In this document: positions 1-10,353 of the stretch, in pieces
Position numbering within the stretch: position 1 is the first letter of the stretch
Layout: every line of letters begins with the position of its first letter
Assembly (NCBI GenBank): GCA_963845065.1
Contig: CAWJQQ010000007.1
Coordinates: forward strand, 62,988 to 126,987
Reading direction: 5' to 3'
Source: Nitrospirota bacterium
Lineage (GTDB): Bacteria > Nitrospirota > UBA9217
DNA: 64,000 nucleotides
Made by a program: the position numbers and the translations under genes
The notes under the pieces: model-generated
Database searches by the model: none
What the model saw: only the letters and a program-made list of their open reading frames with translations
Told to the model about the DNA's origin: nothing

Positions 1-843
1 TGTAGCTTAGTGTTTCAATATTAATGTTATTTCCCAGTGTTAAAACTTCATTGGTTAGTTTGCCATGAAGAGATTTTCTCTGCGCGGCTTGTTTCCGGTG
101 AAGTTCTGATACTACTGTCTGTATCGTCTGATAGTTCTTTGAATTGGTCCAGGTCTTGGCACCCTTTTTAACTGTGCCATCGGCGTTATAATTCCCAGAG
201 TTTGTGGCCCTTCGTGACCGATCGAGCGCCCGTTGCAATCGTTTAATGGTCTTTTCGAGCGGTTCCAGCTCTTTACAAAACTGCTGAAGATCGGCGTAGC
301 CATGAGTATAAATAGCATACGTAGACGGGCCGAGATCCAGGGCGATTGTACCATCAGAGATGATGTTTTTGGTTTTCTGCTTCGGCAGCCCTTCCTGCAC
401 TAGCTGGGCGTAGAAGTAGTTTTTACTGCGCATCCGCCTGCAGATCAGCCTTACATATTTTGTCCTACAGGAAAGGGCGTGGGCCTGCACGCCATGTTTG
501 TCTTTTTTGTGGAATAAGCAGGGAAGTTCAAGACCAATCCACTCGATACGGCTTTGCTTTTCGTCTGTGCGGAAACGTATGCCAGCGGCGTTGCTCTTGG
601 ATTCAACACTTAAGAGTTGATGCTTGCCTTTGAACCTTGGTCTGCCTCTTTTTAGGGTATAATGCGTGCCTTTTGATATTGCTTGGATTCCCGCATGAGA
701 TCCAGGCGTTTGAGAGATTCGCCAAGACAGGCATTGTAAAGTTGCCGGGCCACGTCCATGCGCATGAGGAGTATCCTCTCCTGAGATGTACTGACCAGAA
801 GAGACAATTCATGGATAAACGATGGTGTTGTTTTCTTTTCCAT
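1..843 (-). pseudogene. tnpB: TnpB RNA-guided nuclease pseudogene
   Basis: N-terminus MEKKTTPSFIHEL..RQLYNACL matches the 43154 TnpB. A deletion of about 190 bp near 650 shifts the frame; homology resumes downstream (RPRFKG, LDIGPS). Confidence 0.9.
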
Positions 844-855
844 ACAACTCCCTGA

Positions 856-1260
856 TTAAACAACTTTCTGGTGTTCAATATATTGTTTGATAACTGCCAA
901 CGGCGCCCCACCAACGGTAGAAACAAAGTAGCTGTTGGTCCAAAGTGTTGGAATCCGGGTCCGGAGAACCTTGAATTCTGAACGAAGCAGTTTGGAGCTT
1001 CTGCCCTTTATCTGCTTGACTAGCCGATGAATGCCATACTGCGGACCAACCTCTACCAGTAAATGTACGTGATCCGGCATTATCTCCATCTCAATAATTT
1101 CAGATTTTCTCTCGGAAACCACATCCCTGATAATTGCTTTCAACCGTCCGGCGATACTGCCGGTCAACACGCTCTTCCGGTACTTAGGACACCACACAAC
1201 ATGATATTTACAGCTGTAAACTACATTATTATTGGACTTATACGTCTTTATATCAATCAT
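856..1260 (-). CDS. tnpA: IS200-type Y1 HUH transposase TnpA, apparently intact
   Basis: YHVVWCPKYRK, HUH motif PDHVHLL, LWTNSYFVSTVG, catalytic YIEHQ. Confidence 0.95.
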   Translation of the reverse strand: MIDIKTYKSNNNVVYSCKYHVVWCPKYRKSVLTGSIAGRLKAIIRDVVSERKSEIIEMEIMPDHVHLLVEVGPQYGIHRLVKQIKGRSSKLLRSEFKVLRTRIPTLWTNSYFVSTVGGAPLAVIKQYIEHQKVV

Positions 1261-1432
1261 ACAGCATATTATACAGCAAATAGTTGTATAACACAACTCC
1301 TATCCCCATGTCTAAAGTCAGGGGCTTGCGGAGTTGAAAGGCTTTTGGTCAAATGTTCATAACGTTATCAGACACGGTGTTCTTCGCTTGATGGACGTCA
1401 GGGGCAGTAGTGGGCGTGGAAATTCAGTATTT

Positions 1433-3193
1433 TTAATTTTCCTCTGTCTCTTGCGTTACCCTGAGCACTTCCTCAACCGACGTGACACCGGCTACGACTT
1501 TAAGCAATCCTTCCTGTCTCAGTGTCTTGAATCCTACCTTGATTGCCGCGGATGTGATAGCGGTACTTGAGGCCTTTGCGATGATCAGCGTCCTTATAGC
1601 CTCATTCATTTCAATAAGTTCGAAAATTCCAACTCGTTCCCTATACCCGCTGTTCTTACAGGCAGAGCACCCCACACCTCTGTAGAAGGTTACACTTTCG
1701 TTCGTGATTCCGAGGCTCTTGAGCAGTTCAGGTGTGGCGGGGTATGGTTTTTTGCAGCGGTCGCATATCTTCCGCGTCAATCTTTGCGCGAGAATACCGA
1801 TAACTGAAGACGCGACCAAAAACGGTTCTATCCCCATGTCAATGAGGCGCGTTGCCGCGCTTCCCGCATCATTCGTATGAAGAGTAGCGAAGACCAGGTG
1901 GCCGGTCAGAGCTGCCTGAATAGCGATTTCAGCGGTCTCGCGATCTCTGATTTCTCCAACCATGATGATGTCCGGGTCCTGTCGTAGGATTGAACGAAGT
2001 CCACTGGCAAAGGTCACTCCAGCTTTGGGGTTCACCTGCAACTGGTTCACACCCATTATCTGGTATTCTACAGGGTCTTCGACTGTAACCACATTATTCG
2101 CTTTTCTATCGATCGAGTTTATGCTGGCGTAAAGCGTCGTTGTTTTTCCGCTTCCCGTTGGCCCTGTTACTAGTATCATGCCATAGGGTTTGCTAATAAG
2201 CCTGCGATATTTTTCCAACATAGAGGGAGAATAGTTTAGCCCATCTAAGTTTAAAATAATGTGAGATCGGTTGAGGATACGCATTACCACGGTTTCGCCT
2301 TGAATGACCGGTAAGGTCGAGACGCGTATATCAACAGTCGCTTCGTCATCCATGCGCAAAGCGCTTCTCTCATGAAACACTGCTGTGACAACGGGCCCGG
2401 AGTCGCTATGAGTCACACGCGCCTGAAACCGTCCATCCTGCGGCGCCCTCTTTTCCGCAATATCCATCCCCGACATGATCTTGATACGCGAGACGATCGG
2501 CGCGTGCATATCGCGTGGAAGTGTTCTCACCTCGGTGAGTACGCCATCGATCCGGTAACGAACCTTAACGATCTTCCCTTCGGGATCGATGTGGACGTCG
2601 CTAGCACGGTCCAGAACGGCTTGGGCGATCAGCAAGCTTACCAGTTTTACGACGGGAGCATCTTCTGCAGCAGGACCGGCGACCGTCGCAGCCTCACGAC
2701 CCACGCCTTGGTCATCTTCAAAATCTATCGCTGCAGCCTCGATAGTCTGTTTCATACCGAAGTATCGATCGATGGCCCTCAAAATATCGGACCGGGTTGC
2801 CACAAGCTGTCGGATTTTCAAGCCGGTCGCTTTACGTATATCGTCGATTCCAAAGATATTCAGCGGATCTGCCATGGCCACTACCAGGGCTTCCTTATCC
2901 TTATACAGGGGAAGAGCGACAAGACGTCTCGCCATGTCACCGGGAAGTATTTGTACACTCTCCGCATCGATTAGCTGATTGTCGAGCTCGATAAAAGGGA
3001 TATTGAGCTGCCTTCCGAGAAATGTGGCAATATTATGCTCGCTGATGAATCCAAGGTCGACCAGAATCTCGCCGACTTTCCCACCTCTTTTTTTCTGCTC
3101 TTCTAGAGCCTTATTGAGTTGTTCATCATGTATTAGTCCGCTGGCGACAAGCATTTCGCCGAGCATTTTCTTTTTTACTTCCGTAGCGGCCAT
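1433..3193 (-). CDS. pilB: Type IV pilus / T2SS assembly ATPase (PilB/GspE family) with N-terminal MshEN-like domain
   Basis: Walker A GPTGSGKTTT, TVEDPVE, LRQDPDIIMVGEIRD, TLHTND, tetra-Cys zinc motif; N-terminal LGEMLVASGLIHDEQLNKALEEQ. Confidence 0.92.
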   Translation of the reverse strand: MAATEVKKKMLGEMLVASGLIHDEQLNKALEEQKKRGGKVGEILVDLGFISEHNIATFLGRQLNIPFIELDNQLIDAESVQILPGDMARRLVALPLYKDKEALVVAMADPLNIFGIDDIRKATGLKIRQLVATRSDILRAIDRYFGMKQTIEAAAIDFEDDQGVGREAATVAGPAAEDAPVVKLVSLLIAQAVLDRASDVHIDPEGKIVKVRYRIDGVLTEVRTLPRDMHAPIVSRIKIMSGMDIAEKRAPQDGRFQARVTHSDSGPVVTAVFHERSALRMDDEATVDIRVSTLPVIQGETVVMRILNRSHIILNLDGLNYSPSMLEKYRRLISKPYGMILVTGPTGSGKTTTLYASINSIDRKANNVVTVEDPVEYQIMGVNQLQVNPKAGVTFASGLRSILRQDPDIIMVGEIRDRETAEIAIQAALTGHLVFATLHTNDAGSAATRLIDMGIEPFLVASSVIGILAQRLTRKICDRCKKPYPATPELLKSLGITNESVTFYRGVGCSACKNSGYRERVGIFELIEMNEAIRTLIIAKASSTAITSAAIKVGFKTLRQEGLLKVVAGVTSVEEVLRVTQETEEN

Positions 3194-3912
3194 GGCACGC
3201 TCCTTTTTATCACGTTAGTTATACCTCCCCTACCTTTGTTTTGGGGAATCTAATGCTTAGGTTTGGGGGGCGCTAAACACCCGATCGGTCACCTCTGTGG
3301 TCAATGCACCGCAGGTGAAAAAAAACGTACGAAGCGAGTCTGCGTTAGTATACCTTTTTGTGAAGTGTATCGTAAGTCCTTTTACATTCTATGTAATTCT
3401 GAGCGATTCAAAAACCTCTATGTCGCTCAAGGTAACACTTAAAAAAGCGTAGGGCGTACCGGAGGGTCAACATCCACGTTTAGTAGAGATTATACCAAAA
3501 TAACATTTGATCAGTAAAGACTATTCTGGTACCACCCCGGGCTGAGTTGTCTGGAAAGGGTAGCCTCTTTTACACTCGTAAAATTAAAGTTGTCACGATA
3601 TTTGCCGATAAGATAGAAGAGAAAAATCGGGACGTCGGGTTCCGATTAGTTTTTGACGAGTCATGCTATGTAATTCATGGTCCGTATGTATCATACCATG
3701 TTTGGAAACAGCCGAGTCGTGGCTCAAACCTCGGCTAAGAGCGTTCAACTCAATAAAAAACGGTTGAGCATTATAACGATGGTTCACTTATCTATATAGA
3801 CAATAATCGACCTCGAATGGTGGATACTCAAATGGCGACTACTTATCAATACGATTCCACTGCTCCATCTAATTTACGTTTGCTGGTTGTTAACGCAGGA
3901 GGTCCTGGGGAA

Positions 3913-4986
3913 ATGACCGATAAAGGGAAAAATACCCTGCTGATTGTTGATGACGATCCCTATGTGCTCGAATCCATTTCAACGCTTCTTAAAGAGTATG
4001 GATATTCTGTCACTACATGCCAAAATGCGTCTGACGCCTTAAAAATGGTCTATAAAGTCAATTTCGATGTGATCTTGACAGACATTAAAATGCCTCAGGT
4101 AACTGGTATAGAATTTCTTCAGAATATTCATGTCTACAATCAACAAATCCCAGTAATTTTAATGACGGCCTTTGCAGAACTCGATGTGGCTGTCGATGCC
4201 GTCAAAAGAGGAGCCTTTGATTTTATCACGAAACCTTATAACCCCGACTATCTTTTGCACTCCGTTGAAAAAGCTGTCAAATATACGCGTTTTATCCAAA
4301 TGGAAAAAAATTATAAAGCCATGCTGGAAGATACGGTCCGCATACGGACGCAGGAACTTGCAGACGCTTTGACCATGGTCAAGAATATGAGCTCTGAGAT
4401 AATCCAGCGTTTGACGGCTGTTGCAGAATACCGTGATACTGATACTGGCGCCCATATTGCAAGGATCGGTCTCTATTCTCGAAAGATTGCCGAGGCCCTG
4501 AACATGTCGCCCGAATTCGTGGAAATCCTTACTTTTGCAAGTCCTATGCATGATCTTGGAAAAATCGGCATTCCAGATAGTATCCTTCTGAAGCCTGGTT
4601 CCCTTTCAAAGGAAGAATTCGATGTCATGAAAACACATACGATAATAGGAGAAAAAATGTTGACGGGTTCGACATATCCCGGGATACAAGTAGCCGCGTC
4701 CATTGCTTTGTCACACCATGAACGATGGGACGGAAAAGGATATCCTCGTGGGCTCAAAGGTGAAGAGATACCCATTGGAGGGAGGATCGTCATGCTTGTG
4801 GATCAGTACGACGCGTTACGGAGTAAAAGGCCGTACAAACCGGCATTTAATCATGAAAAAGCAGCTAAAATAATTACTGAAGGTGATGGAAGAACGATGC
4901 CTGAGCATTTTGACCCATCAGTGTTAAAAGCTTTCTTAACTGTAGCACCATTCTTTAATGAAATTTACGAGGTAAATCAAGATTAA
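3913..4986 (+). CDS. Response regulator with HD-GYP cyclic-dinucleotide phosphodiesterase domain (RpfG-like)
   Basis: REC domain (LIVDDD, LTDIKMP, FITKP), [20 protein letters not shown]. Start set at ATG 3913 after GGAGG. Confidence 0.93.
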   Translation: MTDKGKNTLLIVDDDPYVLESISTLLKEYGYSVTTCQNASDALKMVYKVNFDVILTDIKMPQVTGIEFLQNIHVYNQQIPVILMTAFAELDVAVDAVKRGAFDFITKPYNPDYLLHSVEKAVKYTRFIQMEKNYKAMLEDTVRIRTQELADALTMVKNMSSEIIQRLTAVAEYRDTDTGAHIARIGLYSRKIAEALNMSPEFVEILTFASPMHDLGKIGIPDSILLKPGSLSKEEFDVMKTHTIIGEKMLTGSTYPGIQVAASIALSHHERWDGKGYPRGLKGEEIPIGGRIVMLVDQYDALRSKRPYKPAFNHEKAAKIITEGDGRTMPEHFDPSVLKAFLTVAPFFNEIYEVNQD

Positions 4987-5115
4987 CGAAACTATCAATT
5001 CAATTAACTGAACCTCCCCATGGCTGAAGCCAGGGGGTTCTGAAAACCTTATCCAATTACTCTTCCGGGTTCTCACGACTGCAAAGGCCAGCCGCTACAA
5101 CCTTTCACTACCTTA

Positions 5116-6229
5116 TTAATGGTCTCAAAATAGTCTGAACATTACGCCGCGTATTTTGTCGTTTCGCCGTTGAAGTAAGACTGCACACGATTCGGCGATT
5201 TCTGAATAAACCGGAGATGACTCACGACAGCACGGTGTAATTGCTTCGGGTTTGTAATGGCGTTCCTTCCGACAGCATTGTTCTTCAGGTCATTCCATAC
5301 CCGCTCGTCCGGATTCAGCTCCGGAGAATAGGGTGGAAGAAAGAACAACCGAAAACGATCCTTAATTGGCTTGGTTTCGATAAACTTGGTAACCTTGCGT
5401 GCCCTATGCGCTGGATGCCCGTCAACAATAAGGAAAATCTTACGGTCAGAACCATGAACCAACCGTTTAATGAACTCGACAAAGCGCGTTGCGCCCATGC
5501 GGCCTCGGACTACCATGAATCTGAATTCACCTTGGGCGCTCACAGCCGAGATCATATTCAATCCGAAACGAGCCCCGGTACTGCTCACAATCGGCGTCTT
5601 TCCTTGGACTGCCCATGTAGTGCCCGCATGATGGTTAGATCTCACGCCAGCCTCATCTCCAAAGAATATCTGCGCCTTTTCTGTGCGTGCCAGGCTCCGA
5701 ATCCTCGGGTACTCCTTCTTCAACCAGCGCTGAACTTCTTCCGGCTTTTATTGATAGGCACGCCAAATCGGACGCTGCGGGGTCAGTCCCAACTGCGTCA
5801 GCAACCGGCACACAGACGCTTTGCTCAATTTTACGTCAAAACGATCATAGATCACCTTCCCGACCATTTTTGCCGTCCACAGGGCATAGGTGAACCTCAT
5901 CTGAAGAGGGTTCTTCATCGTCTCGGTGCGGAAAACCCACTGCATGGCAGGGCCATCCAGCTTCGGTGGTCTTCCGCCCCGCTTACGAGCATCCAGAGAA
6001 CCCCATCCGCCGTCACGGTATCTTGCCAGCCAACCGTACATGGTTGCACGGGCGATACCCATTGTTTGGGCTATAATTTCTGGACTATGGCCTTCTTGAA
6101 CGCTAGCTACAGCCCGTTGTCTTACTGCTGTCAGATTCTTATGGTCAAGTTTTCGCGCATCAGTCTTTTTCATGCGCAGTACTATACCATACTGGCCTGA
6201 TTATGTCCACATTATTATGAGACAGTTAA
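5116..6229 (-). mobile_element. IS630-family insertion sequence
   Basis: Imperfect terminal inverted repeats (TTAATGGTCTCAAAATA / TTAACTGTCTCATAATA) flanked by duplicated TA at 5114-5115 and 6230-6231. Confidence 0.92.
5142..6173 (-). pseudogene. IS630 transposase with one in-frame TAA at 5748-5750
   Basis: HTH/wHTH ORF and DDE ORF (FFGDEAG, LIVDGHPAH, PPYSPELNPDE) share one frame: RAYQ*KPEEVQRW. Confidence 0.9.
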
Positions 6230-6802
6230 TAAATGCCAGCAGCTACAACTTCCCGGACATCGATCTTGGCATGGTCTTCTTTCACAGGTGATCCGCTCTG
6301 TCTCCGGCCCAAACGAGTACGTTGTTTGAGACCGAAGCTGTGAGGAAAAGCACTCCTCGCATTCGCAGATTGTTGCTGCAATCTCGATACCGCCTGTTTA
6401 AGGAGCGGTTCCGCACCCGGCCAGTATCTACTTGCCTCAGCCGTATCGAGAACACCATCCTGAACGTGCTACGCAAGATATGCGGAATAGAGGTCCCGTT
6501 GGGCTGCTACTCCGCATTCACATACATGTTGCCGCTGCGAGAGCGGTTTTTTCTTTACTGTTCCGCAATGGCAGGTTTGAGACAGCCCGAGTTTTCGAGT
6601 TGGGAGTTTAATCACTTTTCCGCCAGCCCGTGGTGCCACATTGAGGGTAGTTGACCTCGCCGGGTACAATGCAGGGCCTCTCGTTTGAATGATGGAATCT
6701 AGATAAGGTATTCTAGGTGGCCAGAGCGAAAACGCGGCACGCCGGATAGAGATAACGATTAGAAATGTCGTTCGTCTTATGCGAGAGACTCGCCGATAAA
6801 AG

Positions 6803-8015
6803 TTATAGCGGCAGAATTGCCGGAGGGGGAACTGCGTTTTGTAAATGACGCAAATAGATATCTTGTTGAAGATAATTAAATTTCATTTTATTCTTGACAG
6901 GGGCGACATAGTATGTACCCGGTTCATGGACTGATGTTGCTGGCCTGGTATTTCTCCAGGCGAACCGGTTGACCGAAGGCTGTGCCAAACAGCCACTACT
7001 CCAGGAGACACCTAGTTGTCCCGGGAGATACTTTTTAAGAATGTTGATTGCTCCGTTCACGTCAGCATGGATTACGGCACCGCAATGCTTGCAAACGTAG
7101 AGGCCACGATACACACGGCTGGCCTTATCCCTTGTGTTGCATACACAGCAGGTCTGGCTCGTGTAGTGCTCCTTTTCTTCTACAACGCGGATGCCTTTGA
7201 GTCTGGCTTTGTACGTGAGCATCCTGACGATCCGGTCAAATGGCCATTTATGGAACTGCTGGTTTCCGCTCTTTCCCCAATCTTTGCCTTCTCTGATGTC
7301 CTTCAGGTCCCCCACGATGATCGTGGAGACACCGCGAGCTTCTGCATCGCGGACAAGGGATTTGGTAAAGCTGTGGAGCAGGTGGGAACGCTGACGAGAC
7401 CGTTTCTGGTTCAACGCACCTGATTTCCGGGACTTGCTGTTGGTCGTCTTTGACTTTTGCATTTCAAAGTACCGCTCAAGAGCGGCCAACTCACCGCCTG
7501 GCCAAAGGGATGTGCTTCCATCCGTGCATGCTGTGGCAGCCATATCCTTCATACCAAGATCGGATGCCATCGTTTCCCCTTCTCCTTTCAATACGGGGAG
7601 CGTTATCGTATAGACCAGGTGGACAAACCACGTGCCGTTGTCATAGACCAGACGGCCTATCCGGACATTGTCCTCGGTAAGACGGGTGCCGTTAGGAAGG
7701 CGGAGCTTCAGAAAGAGAAATTGTCTGCCGTAGATGTCCTTCGGGATGCTGAGGCGCACCGTGGAGGTACGCTCATTCCACGTGACGGCTCTCTGGCGGA
7801 TGCTCTTGTTTAAGAGCGATATCAAGCTCGGTGTAGGTGAGTATTTTCCCCGTGGCCATCCAGACGTTCCTGGTATGCCACACAGCGGTGTTCCAAAGCT
7901 TCGTTGCGGAAAAACCAAGTAGCCCGAGTGATAGAGAGGTGCTGTCGTCCGTTACCAATGCTTTACCAACGACAGTCATCGTTTGTACATCGGGCTCTTT
8001 TGCTCGATCAGTCAT
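6803..8015 (-). pseudogene. tnpB: TnpB of a second family (IS1341-like, no tnpA), internal deletion/frameshift near 7790
   Basis: N-terminal KLWNTA, RuvC-I ASDLG, IIVGDL, EHYTSQTC..C, C..CG..HADVNGAINI; split over two frames. Confidence 0.88.
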
Positions 8016-8090
8016 GGTGGTAATTATATCAGGAAGGTGAACAATTGTCAATGTATCGTGAAAATAGCAATTCTTTGTTTTCTTCATAAC

Positions 8091-8140
8091 CAGCGCCTTA
8101 TATCCCCGGCCTCACGGCCGGGGTCTTACGGCGCATTGAA
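8091..8140 (-). mobile_element. Left end of the tnpB-only element
   Basis: Hairpin CCCCGGCC-GTGA-GGCCGGGG with guide AAGA and target TTTAT (plus-strand ATAAA 8141-8145). Confidence 0.8.
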
Positions 8141-8373
8141 ATAAAAACGGACAGCGCCACTCGATTCCTGTCGGAAAATAATACTGAATCAGTATATTTT
8201 CCCCGCCGTTAAATTCCACGACGTTCTTGTCATCCGGAAGAAGTTTCTGGCTGAGGCCAGTGCTTTTTTTCGATTCCGTATTCCTGCCGGAGCTGCTATA
8301 ATAAGCACGAGAAGGAGTAAAGAAATATTACGAGGCGGATCTCTGACTAATTGCACGGAACCTTGTGAAAAAT

Positions 8374-8922
8374 ATGGGAGATGCACATAATCCACTGCCC
8401 GTCAAGCTGTTTTTCGGAATGCTTACTCCGGAACTTTCTTTGTTCGACACCTGTATTGATATCTTGAGCAGCCAATTCGGTCCCCTCGATTACCTAAGCG
8501 ATACCTGGCCTTGGGACATGACCGATTATTACAGGACGGAAATGGGGACCGGTATACTAAGAAGATTTATTTTCTGTGAACAGCTCATCGATCCAGCCGT
8601 ACTTCCCGCTATCAAACAGTTCACCAATACCTTAGAAAATACCTTTGTATTGCCCGGTACCGACACGCTACGACGGAGGATCAACATTGACCCGGGATAC
8701 TTAACAGAGGCGAAGGTCGTTCTCGCTACAACAAAAGACTTTTCACACCGTGTCTACATCGGTTCGGCCATCTATGCCGAAGTAACGCTTCGGTATAGTT
8801 TGCGCGAGCGGCTCTTTGTCCCCATGGATTACACCTACCCTGATTACCGTAGTGAAAAATATGTTATGATGTTTAATAACGCGAGAGAATTACTGAGAAA
8901 GGCTCTTCATAAACCGTCATAG
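8374..8922 (+). CDS. DUF4416 family protein
   Basis: TDYYRTEMG..RRF, RRINIDPGY, LATTKDFSHRVYIG.IYAEVTL, YTYPDY motifs. Confidence 0.85.
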   Translation: MGDAHNPLPVKLFFGMLTPELSLFDTCIDILSSQFGPLDYLSDTWPWDMTDYYRTEMGTGILRRFIFCEQLIDPAVLPAIKQFTNTLENTFVLPGTDTLRRRINIDPGYLTEAKVVLATTKDFSHRVYIGSAIYAEVTLRYSLRERLFVPMDYTYPDYRSEKYVMMFNNARELLRKALHKPS

Positions 8923-8958
8923 ACATTTCATATAAGAGGGGGTAGAATTTAGTCGGAG

Positions 8959-9489
8959 TCAGTGTTCAGTAGTAGTAGAGGCTTGAGTAGAAGTCATGTT
9001 AGGCGTCGGTATCACGACTGCAAGGAATGTTTTTGCTGCGTTAATGGTATCAGACTGGATAAATTCTTGAGGCGGTAAATGGATGCGATCAAAGGGTTTG
9101 ATATCTTTATGCATAAAACTGAAATCCAAACTATCCCAAGACTTAAACTCTTTCATCGCTTTCCTGATCTGTTCGTGTACCAACATTTCGATCACTTCAA
9201 AAGTTACTTTTCCCGTCTTTAGTAGAAGCGCCCCGAGCGGGGCATAGGAGTTCATTTTTTGCAATTTCAATGTTTCGAGAAGATCGCTATCCGAAATCAC
9301 CCCGTCTTCCACTAGCATATCGCCGATTGTACGGGAGTAGGGAGAAAAAGCCTGAAGGATTTTTCCTCGATGAAATAAAATCGTACCGATATTATTCCCC
9401 GATTCTATCACCAACTCTCCGGTGCGCGCCTGTACCCCTATCAGAAACAGAATATCAGTAACTGTCAAATCCAAAGGATTATTATTCAT
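8959..9489 (-). CDS. DUF4388/PATAN-like domain protein with MshEN-like segment
   Basis: DIL.LIG...RTGELVI...G.I.F..GKI..A followed by IGDMLVEDGVIS..L...L..Q..PLGALL. Confidence 0.75.
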   Translation of the reverse strand: MNNNPLDLTVTDILFLIGVQARTGELVIESGNNIGTILFHRGKILQAFSPYSRTIGDMLVEDGVISDSDLLETLKLQKMNSYAPLGALLLKTGKVTFEVIEMLVHEQIRKAMKEFKSWDSLDFSFMHKDIKPFDRIHLPPQEFIQSDTINAAKTFLAVVIPTPNMTSTQASTTTEH

Positions 9490-9574
9490 TTTTACTATTT
9501 AATCATAAAATATGATACGTGTCAAATAAGTAATTGGACTGCTTACCCTATAATGTCAACTTTTATCCCCCAAG

Positions 9575-10282
9575 TTAAATCTTTTTAACAAAAATCTCTT
9601 TCGTAATGTCCCGATCCACTGCAATCATGGTCTCGCCGAGCTGCAGCACATAAGAAGGCCGCTTTTGATGGAGTTTAACCACACTGCCGGGGACAACGCC
9701 CATTGCCGACAATCGATCAAGGCGTGAGTGAGATTCGGGGGTGATAAATACAATCTTGGCCTGCTCTCCTGGCATGAGATCGGCTAGTGGGGCAACAAGC
9801 GGCTTCATTTCCTGCCGAAATATTGCGCAGCATGCACCGCGGGGGATTGGCTTGCCGTCTGGAGAATTCGGGGGGTGGCCGAGCAAAGTGCATACGCTAT
9901 CGGTCACTTCAGGTGACAAGATATGCTCGAACTTGCACGCTTCGGCCTCGGCACCGTCTAACAAAAAAAGGTCATAAAACAACCTGAGAGATAAACGATG
10001 GCGCCGAACCAGTTCTTGAGCTCTTTTCTCACCCTTCGGTAACAATTCGACCGTCTGGCCCTTGATATCGATCCATCCGTTCTTAGACAAATCTTTCAGT
10101 ATGTTTTTGCAATCTTTTAATGTACAGCTTTCCACTATCTGATCAAAAGCCAGACTCCCCTCCTCTCTTAAAGTCCAAATAATTTCAAATAGTTCGTCTT
10201 CCTTTTCAATTTCTGGTAATACGCACAATGCTGGATGGCCAGGCATCCCCTCAATAGTGCTCACTCTTAATTGTTCTGACAT
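9575..10282 (-). CDS. DtxR/MntR-family metal-dependent regulator with C-terminal FeoA domain
   Basis: LVRRHRL, AEACKFEHILS, LGHPPNSPDGKPIP; FeoA-like RLSAMGVVPGSVV. Confidence 0.88.
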   Translation of the reverse strand: MSEQLRVSTIEGMPGHPALCVLPEIEKEDELFEIIWTLREEGSLAFDQIVESCTLKDCKNILKDLSKNGWIDIKGQTVELLPKGEKRAQELVRRHRLSLRLFYDLFLLDGAEAEACKFEHILSPEVTDSVCTLLGHPPNSPDGKPIPRGACCAIFRQEMKPLVAPLADLMPGEQAKIVFITPESHSRLDRLSAMGVVPGSVVKLHQKRPSYVLQLGETMIAVDRDITKEIFVKKI

Positions 10283-10353
10283 AATGCCTCCTTAAAAAAA
10301 ACGGCAACCGCTAAATTTTATTTTAATCACAACCCGAAAAGTGTCTTCTTTAA

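Larger units (their letters stand above)
1..1347 (-). mobile_element. IS200/IS605-family (IS605 group) element, tnpA plus broken tnpB, running off the window start
   Basis: Left-end hairpin on the minus strand (CAAG-CCCCTGAC-TTTA-GACATGGGG), preceded by target TTGAC (plus-strand GTCAA 1348-1352); closely similar to the element at 42664-44779. Confidence 0.92.
5008..6630 (-). mobile_element. 3' remnant of the TTGAC-family IS605 element (tnpB Zn-ribbon/RuvC-III, omegaRNA region, right end), interrupted by IS630
   Basis: Right-end hairpin ending TCAG at 5008; LSQTCHCG..HVCECGVAAQRDLYSA at 6469-6630; collinear with about 44275-44779. Confidence 0.9.

Noticed and set aside
3200..3480. c-di-GMP riboswitch upstream of pilB
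   Set aside because: Hairpins exist (about 3290-3317), but I could not find the GEMM consensus; a covariance-model search is needed.
5724..5760. Programmed frameshift between the two IS630 ORFs
   Set aside because: The ORFs share a frame and are separated by a single TAA; a nonsense mutation is the simpler explanation.
5241..6200. Long plus-strand ORF of 319 aa (likewise 2372-2974, 39517-40122 and 61118-62035)
   Set aside because: Antisense shadows of well-supported genes with no recognisable motifs.
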